A stretch of DNA of 32,133 nt from a virus (Duplodnaviria > Caudoviricetes). The stretch is taken from positions 1-32,133 of IMG/VR virus record IMGVR_UViG_3300005805_009082. One strand, written 5' to 3'. Position numbers and translations under genes: made by a program. Each line of letters starts with the position of its first letter. Position 1 is the first letter of the stretch. This document shows, one piece after another, positions 1 to 9,426 of this stretch. The notes below the pieces were generated by a model. It was given only the letters and a program-made list of their open reading frames with translations, searched no databases and had not been told where the DNA came from.

Positions 1-2
1 AA

Positions 3-383
3 GAAGACCTTTTCCCAGATGAGTGGAAGTGTCTCGTGGCATGTCTTATGTTGAACTGCACATCAAGGAAACAGGTCGAAAAAGTTATTCCTGAATTCTT
101 TCGACAGTGGCCGAGTCCAGAAAGCTTTCTTGTTGCTGATGACAACACAGTTGCAGATCTTATTGCACCTTTAGGCTTTCGTAATAGAAGAACGCAACGG
201 CTGTTCGAGATGACCCGCGCATATCTCACTAAAAATTGGTCGCACGTTTCAGAATTACCTGGTATTGGTGAATATGCTTCACGAGCTTGGGAGATCTTTT
301 TTAGAAACAAACTTGGCAATGAGCCGCCCAATGATGGAGCATTAGTATTATATTGGAGCTGGAGGAAAAAGCATGGCTATTGA
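3..383 (+). CDS. MBD4-like HhH-GPD DNA glycosylase, 5' truncated by the window edge
   Basis: The frame is open from nt 3 (EDLFPDEWKCLVACLMLNCTS...). It contains PLGFRNRR and the HhH motif ELPGIGEYA...EIF, resembling the MBD4 glycosylase domain (ELHGIGKYGNDSYRIF). Confidence 0.8.
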   Translation, partial: EDLFPDEWKCLVACLMLNCTSRKQVEKVIPEFFRQWPSPESFLVADDNTVADLIAPLGFRNRRTQRLFEMTRAYLTKNWSHVSELPGIGEYASRAWEIFFRNKLGNEPPNDGALVLYWSWRKKHGY

Positions 384-684
384 AAGAAAGCAGTTCACAG
401 AAAAGGTAGAGAAAAAGAAGATTGAAAAGATTGAGACAAAGAAAGTGAAGCGTGGTTTCAAGCCTGATTCTCTTCCTGATGCGATCGTCGAAGGAAAGTT
501 CGTGGGCACAATTGGTTCAGAAATTATCGTAAGCCGCTTTCGTAATGGAAGAGAGGCGCTACATGTTTGTACGGTAAAAGAAGTTAGCGCGGACGGTTTA
601 CTTCATTCGTGGGATGAAACTTTACAACAGTGGTTTGTTTTTCCAGTCAAGGAAGCACCAAAGGTTGTAAAGCTGAAGGCATGA
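373..684 (+). CDS. Hypothetical protein with a Lys/Glu-rich N-terminus
   Basis: 103-aa ORF overlapping the end of the upstream gene, with a GGAGG Shine-Dalgarno at 361-365. Confidence 0.7.
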   Translation: MAIERKQFTEKVEKKKIEKIETKKVKRGFKPDSLPDAIVEGKFVGTIGSEIIVSRFRNGREALHVCTVKEVSADGLLHSWDETLQQWFVFPVKEAPKVVKLKA

Positions 685-723
685 ACGCCATCCAGCGCCC
701 TCAGGATTAAATTACTAAAATAT

Positions 724-844
724 TTAGATTATCTCAACATTCTTAAAAAAGAAATAATCTAGACTAAAAGCCAAAGTTCGACAAGGTATTTAGGCCCGTA
801 CCGGGTCTAAGAAGATATATTATACTTGTCGAGTTGAGCTTTAG
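724..844. other. Intergenic structured element with two adjacent hairpins
   Basis: Hairpin 1 pairs TAGATTAT (725-732) with ATAATCTA (754-761). Hairpin 2 is a long nested stem: CTAAAAGC/GCTTTAG, TCGACAAG/CTTGTCGA and TTAGGCCCG-tac-CGGGTCTAA (764-844). Confidence 0.5.
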
Positions 845-993
845 AATGACGATTAAATTAAGGCAATTTATCGCTGGTTTTGTTTGTGCGCCTGTTTCTG
901 GTGGATCACATGATGGCGATGATTGTTTTTTAGGAGGAATTATAGGGTCTGAAATATTAAAAATGAAATCTTTACCGATGGCTTTAGAGGCAA

Positions 994-999
994 TATTTA
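994..999 (+). promoter_or_regulatory. TANTTA motif (putative late promoter) before the 1971-aa fibre gene
   Basis: TATTTA lies 9 nt before the ATG at 1009. The same motif recurs before about 10 other genes. Confidence 0.5.
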
Positions 1000-1008
1000 G
1001 GTAGAGTA

Positions 1009-4000
1009 ATGTCAGACACGGCCCTTAAATCTCTTTCGATAGTTGCCGGACAACCCGGTAATACAGGTTCTCTATACAGCAATATAGGGGACGATGTCTA
1101 TTTCTACGTCAGCGGGTCGATAAACACTGATAATCCAGATAAAAGACGAGTCGCGGTTTTTGGTGGTGACCTTATTGTCAGCGGTGGAATAAAGGTCGAT
1201 GGTTGTGAGTTAACAGGTTCTTTTTCTTTTGATTGTGACGCTCTTGAGCTAACAGGTTCTCTTGAAGTCCAAGGTAAAGGCGTTTTTACACAAGGTATCA
1301 GTGGTTCACTGACGACGCTGGCTGATGGCACATCTTACCTCATCGCAGGCAGCAATATAACAATAGCATCTGCGTCGAACGGTGGTGTTACTATTTCATC
1401 TACCTCCACCACAACCCCTGCCGCTGGTAATGATAATGAGATTCAGTATAATGACAATGGTTCTTTCGGTGCCAGCTCTAATTTCACGTTCGATGGATCG
1501 AGACTATATCTCACAGGTTCACTAGCACAAGGTGATGGCGCTAAAGCTGAAGCAATTTACTCGCATGCGGAAGGTAGAACAACAACGGCAAGCGGACAAT
1601 ACTCCCACGCTGAAGGGTGGAGTAACACAGCATCAGGAAACTATTCTCATGCTGAAGGTGTTTCAACAATAGCTTCGGGTTTGTATTCCCATGCCGAAGG
1701 AAATGACACTAATGCCACGGGCGAAGGTTCACATTCGGAAGGTGATAGATCAACCGCCTCGGGTCAATATTCCCATGCTGAAGGTCTATTAACAATTGCT
1801 TCAGCAGATTATTCTCATGCTGAAGGTCAGCAAGCAGAAGCTGTTGGTCAATATTCTCATGCTGAGGGTTTAGGAACAATTGCCTCTGGTTCTTACCAGC
1901 ATGTTATTGGTAAATACAACAAGAGAGACAATGATTTTTCTTTATTCGTCGTTGGTGATGGAACAGGCGATTCAAATGCAAATAGAGGAGATATTGTTAG
2001 AATTAATGTGGGTCCTTCTATCGGAACGGGTAGAATGGATGTTACAGGTTCAATCTCTGCAACACAAGGATTGTCAGGCTCACTTACACGGTTGATCGAT
2101 GGTACATCATACCTTATTGCAGGCTCGAATATCACGATTACGTCTGCATCTAATGGTGCTATTACCATTTCAGGTCAAGCTGGTGATATAACATCAATCA
2201 CTGCAGGAACAGGATTGTTGGGTGGTGGTTCTTCGGGCGATGTTGCTCTTGACATCAACGACTCTGTCGTCGCGACCCTTTCAGGTTCTACCTTTTCTGG
2301 AGTAGCAAAATTTAATACAGGTCTTTCGGGTTCACTCACTAAGTTAGTTGATGGAACTTCATACCTCATTGCAGGTAGCAATATAACAATAGCTTCCGCG
2401 TCCAATGGAGCTGTTACAATCAACTCGACTGCTGTGAGCAGCGCAGGTGGAGTCGATACACAAGTCCAGTTCAACAGCGGTGGAAATTTTGCTGGTGATT
2501 CTGGACTAACTTATAACAGCAGCACTGACACACTGACATTGGTTAATCTTGCGATGACTGCGTCTGCTGATCTCATCTGGCAATTCAAGGACAACAGTGC
2601 AGGAGCTCTTAATGTTGGTGCTGGTGGTAGCAACTATTGGACGTTCAATACTGGTGATGGGCAGGAGCGGCTTGGTTTCTGGGATGGCGTTAGAGCATCG
2701 TTCGGTGATATCAACGATCCAGACCTAAACATTCAGCACGATGGTATAAATTCGAGGATAGAAAACAAAACAGGAAAGCTGATTTTATCCAGCGCGTCTG
2801 GACTTGACGTTTCTGGTTCGACAAAATTTGTGAATGGCTTGTCAGGTTCCTTGACAAAGCTAACGGATGGAACATCATACCTCGTTGCTGGTTCGGGTAT
2901 TTCCATCACTACGGGTTCTTCTGGCGCAATAACAATTACGAATGATGGAACTGTTGGAGATATTACTGCAGTTAATGCCGGAACCGGCCTGACAGGCGGA
3001 GGCTCTTCAGGTGCTGTTACTCTTAACATTAACGATTCTATCGTCGCGACTGTTTCTGGTACGACATTTACTGGTGTTACAAAGCACGATGCAGGACTCA
3101 GCGGTTCACTTACTAAATTAACGGATGGTACCTCATATCTCATTGCAGGTTCTGGTATCTCTATTTCGACAGGTTCGTCCGGTGCGATAACAATCACAAA
3201 TGATGGAACCGTCGGTGACATTACTGCAGTCAACGCAGGAGTCGGTTTAAGTGGTGGTGGGTCATCGGGCTCTGTGACTCTCAATATTAATGATTCTGTC
3301 GTTGCCACAGTTTCTGGTACAACTTTTACGGGAGTTACAACACACAACGCAGGTTTATCTGGTTCTCTTACTAAGTTAGTTGATGGAACTTCTTACCTCG
3401 TTGCTGGAAGCAACATATCAATTTCTACTTCTTCTAACGGTTCAGTTACAATCAATTCAACAGCGGTGGCAAGCGCTGGTGGAGTCGATACACAGGTTCA
3501 ATTCAATAGTGGCGGGAATTTTGCTGGTGATTCTGGATTGACATATAACAGCAGCACTGACACGCTGACACTCGTCAATCTTGCGATGACTGCGTCTGCT
3601 GATCTCGTTTGGCAGCTTAAAGACAATAGCGCTGGCGCATTAAACATTGGTGCCGGTGGAAGTAACTATTGGACGTTTAACACGGGAGACGGACAGGAAA
3701 GACTTGGCTTTTGGGATGGAGTTAGAGCGTCCTTTGGTGATATTAACGACCCAGATCTTAATATTCAACATGATGGAACAAATTCAAGGATAGAAAACAA
3801 GACAGGAAAGTTAATTCTTTCCAGCGCACTCGGTCTTGATGTTTCTGGGTCGACAAAATTTGCAGATGGTTTATCCGGTTCACTTACACGATTAACCGAT
3901 GGCACGTCATACCTTATTGCAGGTACGGGAATCAGCGTAACATCAGCATCCAATGGCGCAGTAACAATTGCTTCAACTGCGATAACGTCCCCTGGTGGTT

Positions 4001-6924
4001 TAAACACGTACGTCCAATTTAACGATAGCGGTTCTTTTGGTGGGGTTTCAGGATTTACGTTTGAGAAAGCGACAAATTCTCTAAACGTTCAAGGTGATAT
4101 AACCGGGTCTAATGCTCTGTTCAATAACATCACTGTAACAGGCACTGCGAGCATCTACTACGTCGAAACGATAAATCAACAAAGTCTCATCATCGGTGAT
4201 AAATACATCACGATTCTTAGCGGCGCAACAGACCACACAAGCTTAGATGGATCAGGTCTTTTGTTCGGTAGCGGTTCAACAGGACCCACAGTCGATGCTC
4301 TTGGCGCGAACGCGCATATTTTGTATAGAAGTGATAGTGATACACTAGAAATATTCCCTGGATTAAGTGTTTCAGGAAGCATGTTCGTTACGCAGAATGC
4401 GACGATAACTGGTTCACTTATCGTTTCAAGCTCAGTAACAGCACCAGCATTTTCGGGTTCACTCACCAAGTTGACCGATGGAACTTCATATCTTATCGCA
4501 GGAAGTGGTATCTCCATCACCACGGGTTCTTCTGGTGCCATTACTATTACGAATGATGGAACTGTTGGAGACATTACAGCTGTTAATGCTGGAGTCGGTT
4601 TAACAGGTGGAGGTGCGTCGGGTGCGGTCACTCTTGATGTTGATGATTCTGTTGTCGCGACGGTTTCGGGCACAACATTTACAGGCGCAGTTAAATTTAA
4701 CCTAGGGCTGAGTGGTTCACTTACGAAGCTTGTTGATGGAACTCCGTATCTTATTGCAGGTAGTAATGTCATCATTTCATCAGCTTCAAACGGTTCAATC
4801 ACAATTTCTTCGATAGCTACAGGCGGCGGTGATAGTTTCTTTAGCAGTACAACGAATGGTTCTATTTTTACGACAGGTTCGGCGGCTTTTGCGGGTGTAG
4901 AATCGATAGACTCTCCTCTTGACAAAGGAACTGACGTTTTCTTCTATGTTTCAAATGGTCCAACAGGAAATGAAAAAGCTCTGTTTGGTGGAAATGTCGT
5001 TACCAGTGGTTCGCTGACGGCCAAAACAGGTTTGTCTGGTTCTCTTACTACGTTATCAGATGGAACATCGTATCTCATTGCAGGCGATAATGTTACGATA
5101 ACTTCTGCGTCCAATGGCGCGGTAACGATTCAAGCGGCATCTCCTGCCGGATATGCCAAAGGTTTCTTTTACGGATATGAACAAGATGGTTCAGGTAATA
5201 TCGACATTACCCCTGTCGGGATACTTGCAAATGGCTATGATCAAGAAGCAGATGTTGACGTTTATAAAAATGGTCAGCTTCTTACTGCAGGCGTTAGTAA
5301 CGACTATACAGTACCAAGCAATAACACGATCCACCTCAATACGACTTTAAATCCTGATGACATAATAACCGTAAGAATATTGACGTCAGGTTCGTCCGGC
5401 GCGCCTGGAGGCGTAGGAAATTCATACACTACTACGTTTACTAACGCATCATTATCCTCTGGAATTTTAACTGTAAATCACGGATTAAATTCTCAGTACG
5501 TTATCATCAGCATCTATGACAATAATGATTATGAAGTTATTCCAAATGAAGTCATAGCGACCTCATCTGGAGTCGCGACGGTCGATTTATCAAGCTTTGG
5601 TACTATTTCTGGTACATGGAAAGTTACAGTTATCAACGGCGGTGGCGGTAATAACATCACATCTATTACCGCAGGAACTGGATTGACCGGTGGTGGAGCC
5701 AGTGGCGCCATATCTCTTGCAATAAATGATTCTATTGTTGCGACTGTTTCAGGTACAACATTTACGGGAGCAACAAAACACAGCGTGGGTCTTAGCGGCT
5801 CATTGACCAAGTTAATAGATGGAACTTCCGCGTTCATTGCTGGCAGTGGCATATCAATTACTTCTGCTTCAAACGGCGCAGTAACATTTACCTCTACTGC
5901 GACGACTTCACCGGGTGGGTCAAACACACATATTCAATTCAATGATAGCGGTTCATTCGGCGGTGTGTCAGCTTTCACTTTTGAAAAAGCTACTAACTCA
6001 GTTAATCTTTCTGGTAATATTACAGGATCAAACGCCCGCTTCACCAACCTTACTGTAACTGGGACGGCCAGCATCTATTACGTTGAAACCCTAAACCAGC
6101 AAAGTCTTCTTATTGGTGACAAGTACATCACAATTCTCAGTGGCGCAACTGATCATGCGACGTTGGATGGGTCTGGTATCTTATTTGGTAGCGGATCGAC
6201 TGGTCCTACGATCGATTCTTTCGGCGCGAATGCACATATTTTATTTAGAGATAGTACAGACACATTAGAAATATTCCCAGGGTTGAGCGTTTCAGGAAGC
6301 GTATTCATCACTCAAAACGCGACGATAACTGGTTCGCTTGTAGTTTCAAGTTCCATTAAATCACCAGCGCTTTCCGGTTCTCTTACGAAACTCGCAGATG
6401 GAACTTCATACCTCCTTGCGGGGACTGGTACGACTATAACTTCAGGTTCTAATGGTGCGGTTACTTTAGCGATTAACGATTCCATCGTTGCGACATTGTC
6501 TGGGTCAAAATTTACAGGCCCAGTAACATCCTCATTTGGCTCTTTAATGGGAGGCTATTCTGAGTTTAGTGGAAGCATAATTGAATCGATGACAAACTAC
6601 AACAGTAGCACTGGTGTGGTTAATTTTGATATAACTCAAGGTTCAATATTCTATGTTAATAACCCAACTGGAAACGTCACAGCTAACTTTACAAACGTCC
6701 CAACAACCAACTTGAGAATCATTACTACGACAGTGATATTATCACAGAGCACTACAGCTCGTATTGTCAGCGCTGTTCAAATCGGAGGTGTCTCATCAAC
6801 TATCAACTGGGCAAATGGTGTGACACCAACAGGTAACGCGAATAAACAAGACATCTTTGGATTCAGCTTAATAAGATCCGGAAGCACGTGGAAAACGCTT
6901 GGTCAAATGTCATCGTTCGGATGA
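1009..6924 (+). CDS. Giant modular tail-fibre/adhesin-like virion protein (1971 aa)
   Basis: G/S/T-rich. It has 12 copies of GLSGSLTKLxDGTSYLIAG..., five or more GDITAVNAGTGLTGGG...INDSVVATVSG modules, 14-aa SHAEG repeats and a C-terminal beta-rich domain. Confidence 0.8.
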   Translation: MSDTALKSLSIVAGQPGNTGSLYSNIGDDVYFYVSGSINTDNPDKRRVAVFGGDLIVSGGIKVDGCELTGSFSFDCDALELTGSLEVQGKGVFTQGISGSLTTLADGTSYLIAGSNITIASASNGGVTISSTSTTTPAAGNDNEIQYNDNGSFGASSNFTFDGSRLYLTGSLAQGDGAKAEAIYSHAEGRTTTASGQYSHAEGWSNTASGNYSHAEGVSTIASGLYSHAEGNDTNATGEGSHSEGDRSTASGQYSHAEGLLTIASADYSHAEGQQAEAVGQYSHAEGLGTIASGSYQHVIGKYNKRDNDFSLFVVGDGTGDSNANRGDIVRINVGPSIGTGRMDVTGSISATQGLSGSLTRLIDGTSYLIAGSNITITSASNGAITISGQAGDITSITAGTGLLGGGSSGDVALDINDSVVATLSGSTFSGVAKFNTGLSGSLTKLVDGTSYLIAGSNITIASASNGAVTINSTAVSSAGGVDTQVQFNSGGNFAGDSGLTYNSSTDTLTLVNLAMTASADLIWQFKDNSAGALNVGAGGSNYWTFNTGDGQERLGFWDGVRASFGDINDPDLNIQHDGINSRIENKTGKLILSSASGLDVSGSTKFVNGLSGSLTKLTDGTSYLVAGSGISITTGSSGAITITNDGTVGDITAVNAGTGLTGGGSSGAVTLNINDSIVATVSGTTFTGVTKHDAGLSGSLTKLTDGTSYLIAGSGISISTGSSGAITITNDGTVGDITAVNAGVGLSGGGSSGSVTLNINDSVVATVSGTTFTGVTTHNAGLSGSLTKLVDGTSYLVAGSNISISTSSNGSVTINSTAVASAGGVDTQVQFNSGGNFAGDSGLTYNSSTDTLTLVNLAMTASADLVWQLKDNSAGALNIGAGGSNYWTFNTGDGQERLGFWDGVRASFGDINDPDLNIQHDGTNSRIENKTGKLILSSALGLDVSGSTKFADGLSGSLTRLTDGTSYLIAGTGISVTSASNGAVTIASTAITSPGGLNTYVQFNDSGSFGGVSGFTFEKATNSLNVQGDITGSNALFNNITVTGTASIYYVETINQQSLIIGDKYITILSGATDHTSLDGSGLLFGSGSTGPTVDALGANAHILYRSDSDTLEIFPGLSVSGSMFVTQNATITGSLIVSSSVTAPAFSGSLTKLTDGTSYLIAGSGISITTGSSGAITITNDGTVGDITAVNAGVGLTGGGASGAVTLDVDDSVVATVSGTTFTGAVKFNLGLSGSLTKLVDGTPYLIAGSNVIISSASNGSITISSIATGGGDSFFSSTTNGSIFTTGSAAFAGVESIDSPLDKGTDVFFYVSNGPTGNEKALFGGNVVTSGSLTAKTGLSGSLTTLSDGTSYLIAGDNVTITSASNGAVTIQAASPAGYAKGFFYGYEQDGSGNIDITPVGILANGYDQEADVDVYKNGQLLTAGVSNDYTVPSNNTIHLNTTLNPDDIITVRILTSGSSGAPGGVGNSYTTTFTNASLSSGILTVNHGLNSQYVIISIYDNNDYEVIPNEVIATSSGVATVDLSSFGTISGTWKVTVINGGGGNNITSITAGTGLTGGGASGAISLAINDSIVATVSGTTFTGATKHSVGLSGSLTKLIDGTSAFIAGSGISITSASNGAVTFTSTATTSPGGSNTHIQFNDSGSFGGVSAFTFEKATNSVNLSGNITGSNARFTNLTVTGTASIYYVETLNQQSLLIGDKYITILSGATDHATLDGSGILFGSGSTGPTIDSFGANAHILFRDSTDTLEIFPGLSVSGSVFITQNATITGSLVVSSSIKSPALSGSLTKLADGTSYLLAGTGTTITSGSNGAVTLAINDSIVATLSGSKFTGPVTSSFGSLMGGYSEFSGSIIESMTNYNSSTGVVNFDITQGSIFYVNNPTGNVTANFTNVPTTNLRIITTTVILSQSTTARIVSAVQIGGVSSTINWANGVTPTGNANKQDIFGFSLIRSGSTWKTLGQMSSFG
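1540..1911 (+). repeat. 14-aa (42-nt) YadA-head-like repeats, T-x-ASGxYSHAEG
   Basis: SHAEG/SHSEG occurs 8 times at a 42-nt period from 1561 to 1855, followed by a degenerate QHVIG at 1897. Confidence 0.85.
2443..3861 (+). repeat. 129-aa internal duplication (2443-2829 and 3475-3861)
   Basis: AGGVDTQVQFNSGG...GLDVSGSTKF is present twice at a 1032-nt offset, with 5 aa differences and many synonymous changes. Confidence 0.9.
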
Positions 6925-6927
6925 TTT

Positions 6928-7467
6928 ATGCTAGGAAGAATTTCATCCCTTGGACCTGTTTCTCCTCTACCAAAAGCTCGAGCGGCGTACCGTTATTATC
7001 GATTTTCTGTCACAAAGGTAAGGGACAACACCGCAGATCTACCTTCTTTTCCAGTGGGCATAATGCAGTTTGCTGAGCTTGATCTTTTCTACAACGGGTC
7101 TCGAGTGAATTACACGGGAGCGACAGCAACCAATCCTGGCGGCGCCAATCCAGTAGGCGAGGAGCCATCTAAGGGAATTGATAACAACACATCTACCAAA
7201 TTTCTTGATTATAGCGGAAACGGTGGAATATATGGAGCCGTTATTTCCTGGAAGTTTGTCATAGACTTTGGAGCCAGTGTAAGACGGGTCGCTAATGCGT
7301 TTAGATACGCGACAGCCAATGACGTCACTGGACGAGATCCTGTGCGGTGGACATTAGAGGGCAGTAACGACAATTCGACATGGACTACTTTACATACACA
7401 GTCCACTGATGCGTCAATAACCACAAGCCGGCTCACTTATACTCAACTTTTTTACTTTGATGTTTGA
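6928..7467 (+). CDS. Discoidin/F5-8 type C-like (galactose-binding fold) protein, putative fibre tip
   Basis: Motifs YRYYRF, QFAELDL, IDNNTSTKFL and ANDVTGRDPVRWTLEGSNDNSTWTTL. Starts 3 nt after the fibre gene stop. Confidence 0.65.
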   Translation: MLGRISSLGPVSPLPKARAAYRYYRFSVTKVRDNTADLPSFPVGIMQFAELDLFYNGSRVNYTGATATNPGGANPVGEEPSKGIDNNTSTKFLDYSGNGGIYGAVISWKFVIDFGASVRRVANAFRYATANDVTGRDPVRWTLEGSNDNSTWTTLHTQSTDASITTSRLTYTQLFYFDV

Positions 7468-7494
7468 TATTATGATAGTTATGGGCATTAAATC

Positions 7495-8400
7495 ATGAGA
7501 ATCGGTTCATTAAGCGGATCTTTAACTAGACTTATCAACGACACTTCGTACCTTGTTGCGGGGACGGGTATATCGATTACTTCGTCTTCAAGCGGGTTTG
7601 TGACTTTGACATCAACCGCAACGACATCTCCCGCTGGTATTGACACCTATGTTCAATTTAACGATGGCGGTTCTACATTCGGTGGCGATGCAGGTTTAAC
7701 CTACAATAAAACCACGGATAGCTTGACTGTTGTTGGAGATGTTACTGGGTCAAGTGCGAGGTTCACAAAAAACCTGACTGTACTTGGAACGGCCAGCTTT
7801 TATTATGTAGAAACGCTGAACCAACAATCTTTTATCGTCGGAGATAAGTACATCACGATTCTTAGCGGCGCAACAGACCACACAAGCTTAGATGGGTCTG
7901 GACTTCTATTTGGTAGCGGATCTACCGGCCCGACAGTTAATGAACTTGGATCAAACGCGCACGTAAGATACCGTTCTTCTCTCGATGTGGTTGAGTTGTT
8001 CCCTGGATTGAAAGTTTCTGGTAGCGCGGCGATCACAAATTCCTTGACCGTGACAGGGTCTCTTATTGTTTCAGGAAGTCAAGCGTATGTTGCTATCGAT
8101 GCAAATGGAAACACAACATCGAATACGACGGTCGACTGGAATACAGGAAACGTACAAACGTTCACATTAAATGCGAATCCAACTACATTCTCATTCAGCA
8201 ACGGTAAATCAGGCGGAACTTACATGCTTATCATCAGACAAAATTCCGCGGGTTCTTACACGATTAACTGGCCCGGCGCAGTCTCATGGCCCGCAGCCTC
8301 GGCCCCGACCATGACAGCAGGAGCAAACAAATACGATGTCTATAGCTTTGTTTATGATGGAACGACTTACTTTGCGACTTCTGTCCAGAATTACACGTGA
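7495..8400 (+). CDS. Short fibre-like protein built from the same modules as the 1009 gene
   Basis: Contains the SLSGSLTRL...TSYLVAG module, a TYVQFNDGG module and a VETLNQQS...GDKYITILSGATDH module. Its C-terminal VDWNTGNVQTFTL...INWP...DVYSFVYDG domain resembles the C-terminus of 1009. Confidence 0.8.
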   Translation: MRIGSLSGSLTRLINDTSYLVAGTGISITSSSSGFVTLTSTATTSPAGIDTYVQFNDGGSTFGGDAGLTYNKTTDSLTVVGDVTGSSARFTKNLTVLGTASFYYVETLNQQSFIVGDKYITILSGATDHTSLDGSGLLFGSGSTGPTVNELGSNAHVRYRSSLDVVELFPGLKVSGSAAITNSLTVTGSLIVSGSQAYVAIDANGNTTSNTTVDWNTGNVQTFTLNANPTTFSFSNGKSGGTYMLIIRQNSAGSYTINWPGAVSWPAASAPTMTAGANKYDVYSFVYDGTTYFATSVQNYT

Positions 8401-8406
8401 TAGGCT

Positions 8407-9426
8407 ATGTTTGTTTTTCCACTAGGCTTTTTTTCTACCACTTCTACTGCTTCGGCGGATCTATACACTTTTTCTAGCTTCACGTTTACGAACGCGTCAG
8501 CGTCCGGTCATAGAGGACCGACGTTGACGAATTGCTTAAATTCATACAACACAAGTTCAAATTCTTGGCTAAGCAACACTTCTTATTTCAATGTGACGAC
8601 GGAAGGAATTCAACAGTGGACAGTTCCGGCCACGGCAAATTATGATATAGAAGTAGCAGGTGCTCGTGGTGGTGTTAATACGCAAGCATCGCCTTGGATA
8701 TCTGGAGGATACGGCGCTGTCGTTAAAACTCGAGTATCATTAAATAAAGATGATATTCTCTCAATCGTCGTTGGACAAATCGGAGCCGACCGTGGTACTG
8801 GTCCTACGGGCAATTATTGCGGCGCCGCCGGTGGTGGTGGAACATTCGTTTATGCTTCTGGGAGTTTCACTTATTACGCTGTGGCAGGCGGCGGTGGCGG
8901 TGGAGCTTCTACAAGAACGAATTTACTTTCAACCTTTCTCTCAGCTAGTGGAAAACATAATGTTACTTCGGGCACAACGATACGCATCACAAACAATAAT
9001 ACAGCTCTCGGCGGCACAAATGGAAATGGTGGTGGTGTAAGTAGTCGTGGAGTTTTGTATGGTTCCGCCGGAGCAGGCGTGTTTTCTTCAGGAAGCAATG
9101 GCAAAGGCGGCGGTTCCGGCCAATCGCGCATCAGCGTATCAGGTAGCTGGTGGGGAGGAACTTTCAATCCAGGACAAAGCACATACGGAGTCTCAGGCGG
9201 CTTCGGAGGCGGCGCCGGTGGCGGTGCTAGCGATGGCACTACTTTTCAAGCTTACAACTGGGCAGGTGGCGGTGGTGGCTACTCAGGTGGAGCAGGTGGA
9301 GGCAATGGCGGAGCCGGTGATGGTCAATACGGCGGTGGCGGAGGAAGCTACTACACGGGTTCTTTCCAGACAGGTTCCACAGGAACAAATGCTGGACACG
9401 GATATGTCACGATAACGAAGATTTGA
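8407..9426 (+). CDS. Glycine-rich adhesin-like protein (Gly_rich / ALK-LTK-type polyglycine domain), putative fibre tip
   Basis: Motifs GIQQWTVP..YDIEVAGARGG, GGYGAVV, LSIVVGQ, AGGGGGTFV, GGGGGYSGG and GGGGGSY...GHGYVTITK. Confidence 0.75.
   Translation: MFVFPLGFFSTTSTASADLYTFSSFTFTNASASGHRGPTLTNCLNSYNTSSNSWLSNTSYFNVTTEGIQQWTVPATANYDIEVAGARGGVNTQASPWISGGYGAVVKTRVSLNKDDILSIVVGQIGADRGTGPTGNYCGAAGGGGTFVYASGSFTYYAVAGGGGGGASTRTNLLSTFLSASGKHNVTSGTTIRITNNNTALGGTNGNGGGVSSRGVLYGSAGAGVFSSGSNGKGGGSGQSRISVSGSWWGGTFNPGQSTYGVSGGFGGGAGGGASDGTTFQAYNWAGGGGGYSGGAGGGNGGAGDGQYGGGGGSYYTGSFQTGSTGTNAGHGYVTITKI

Noticed and set aside
846-1004. 52-codon plus-strand ORF (MTIKLRQFIAG...) in the first intergenic gap
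   Set aside because: It has no SD or recognisable motif and overlaps the putative promoter of 1009. It cannot be supported, although it is not excluded.
1540-1911. CRISPR-like periodic repeats
   Set aside because: The 42-nt period is an in-frame protein repeat with degenerate DNA, not identical repeats separated by unique spacers.
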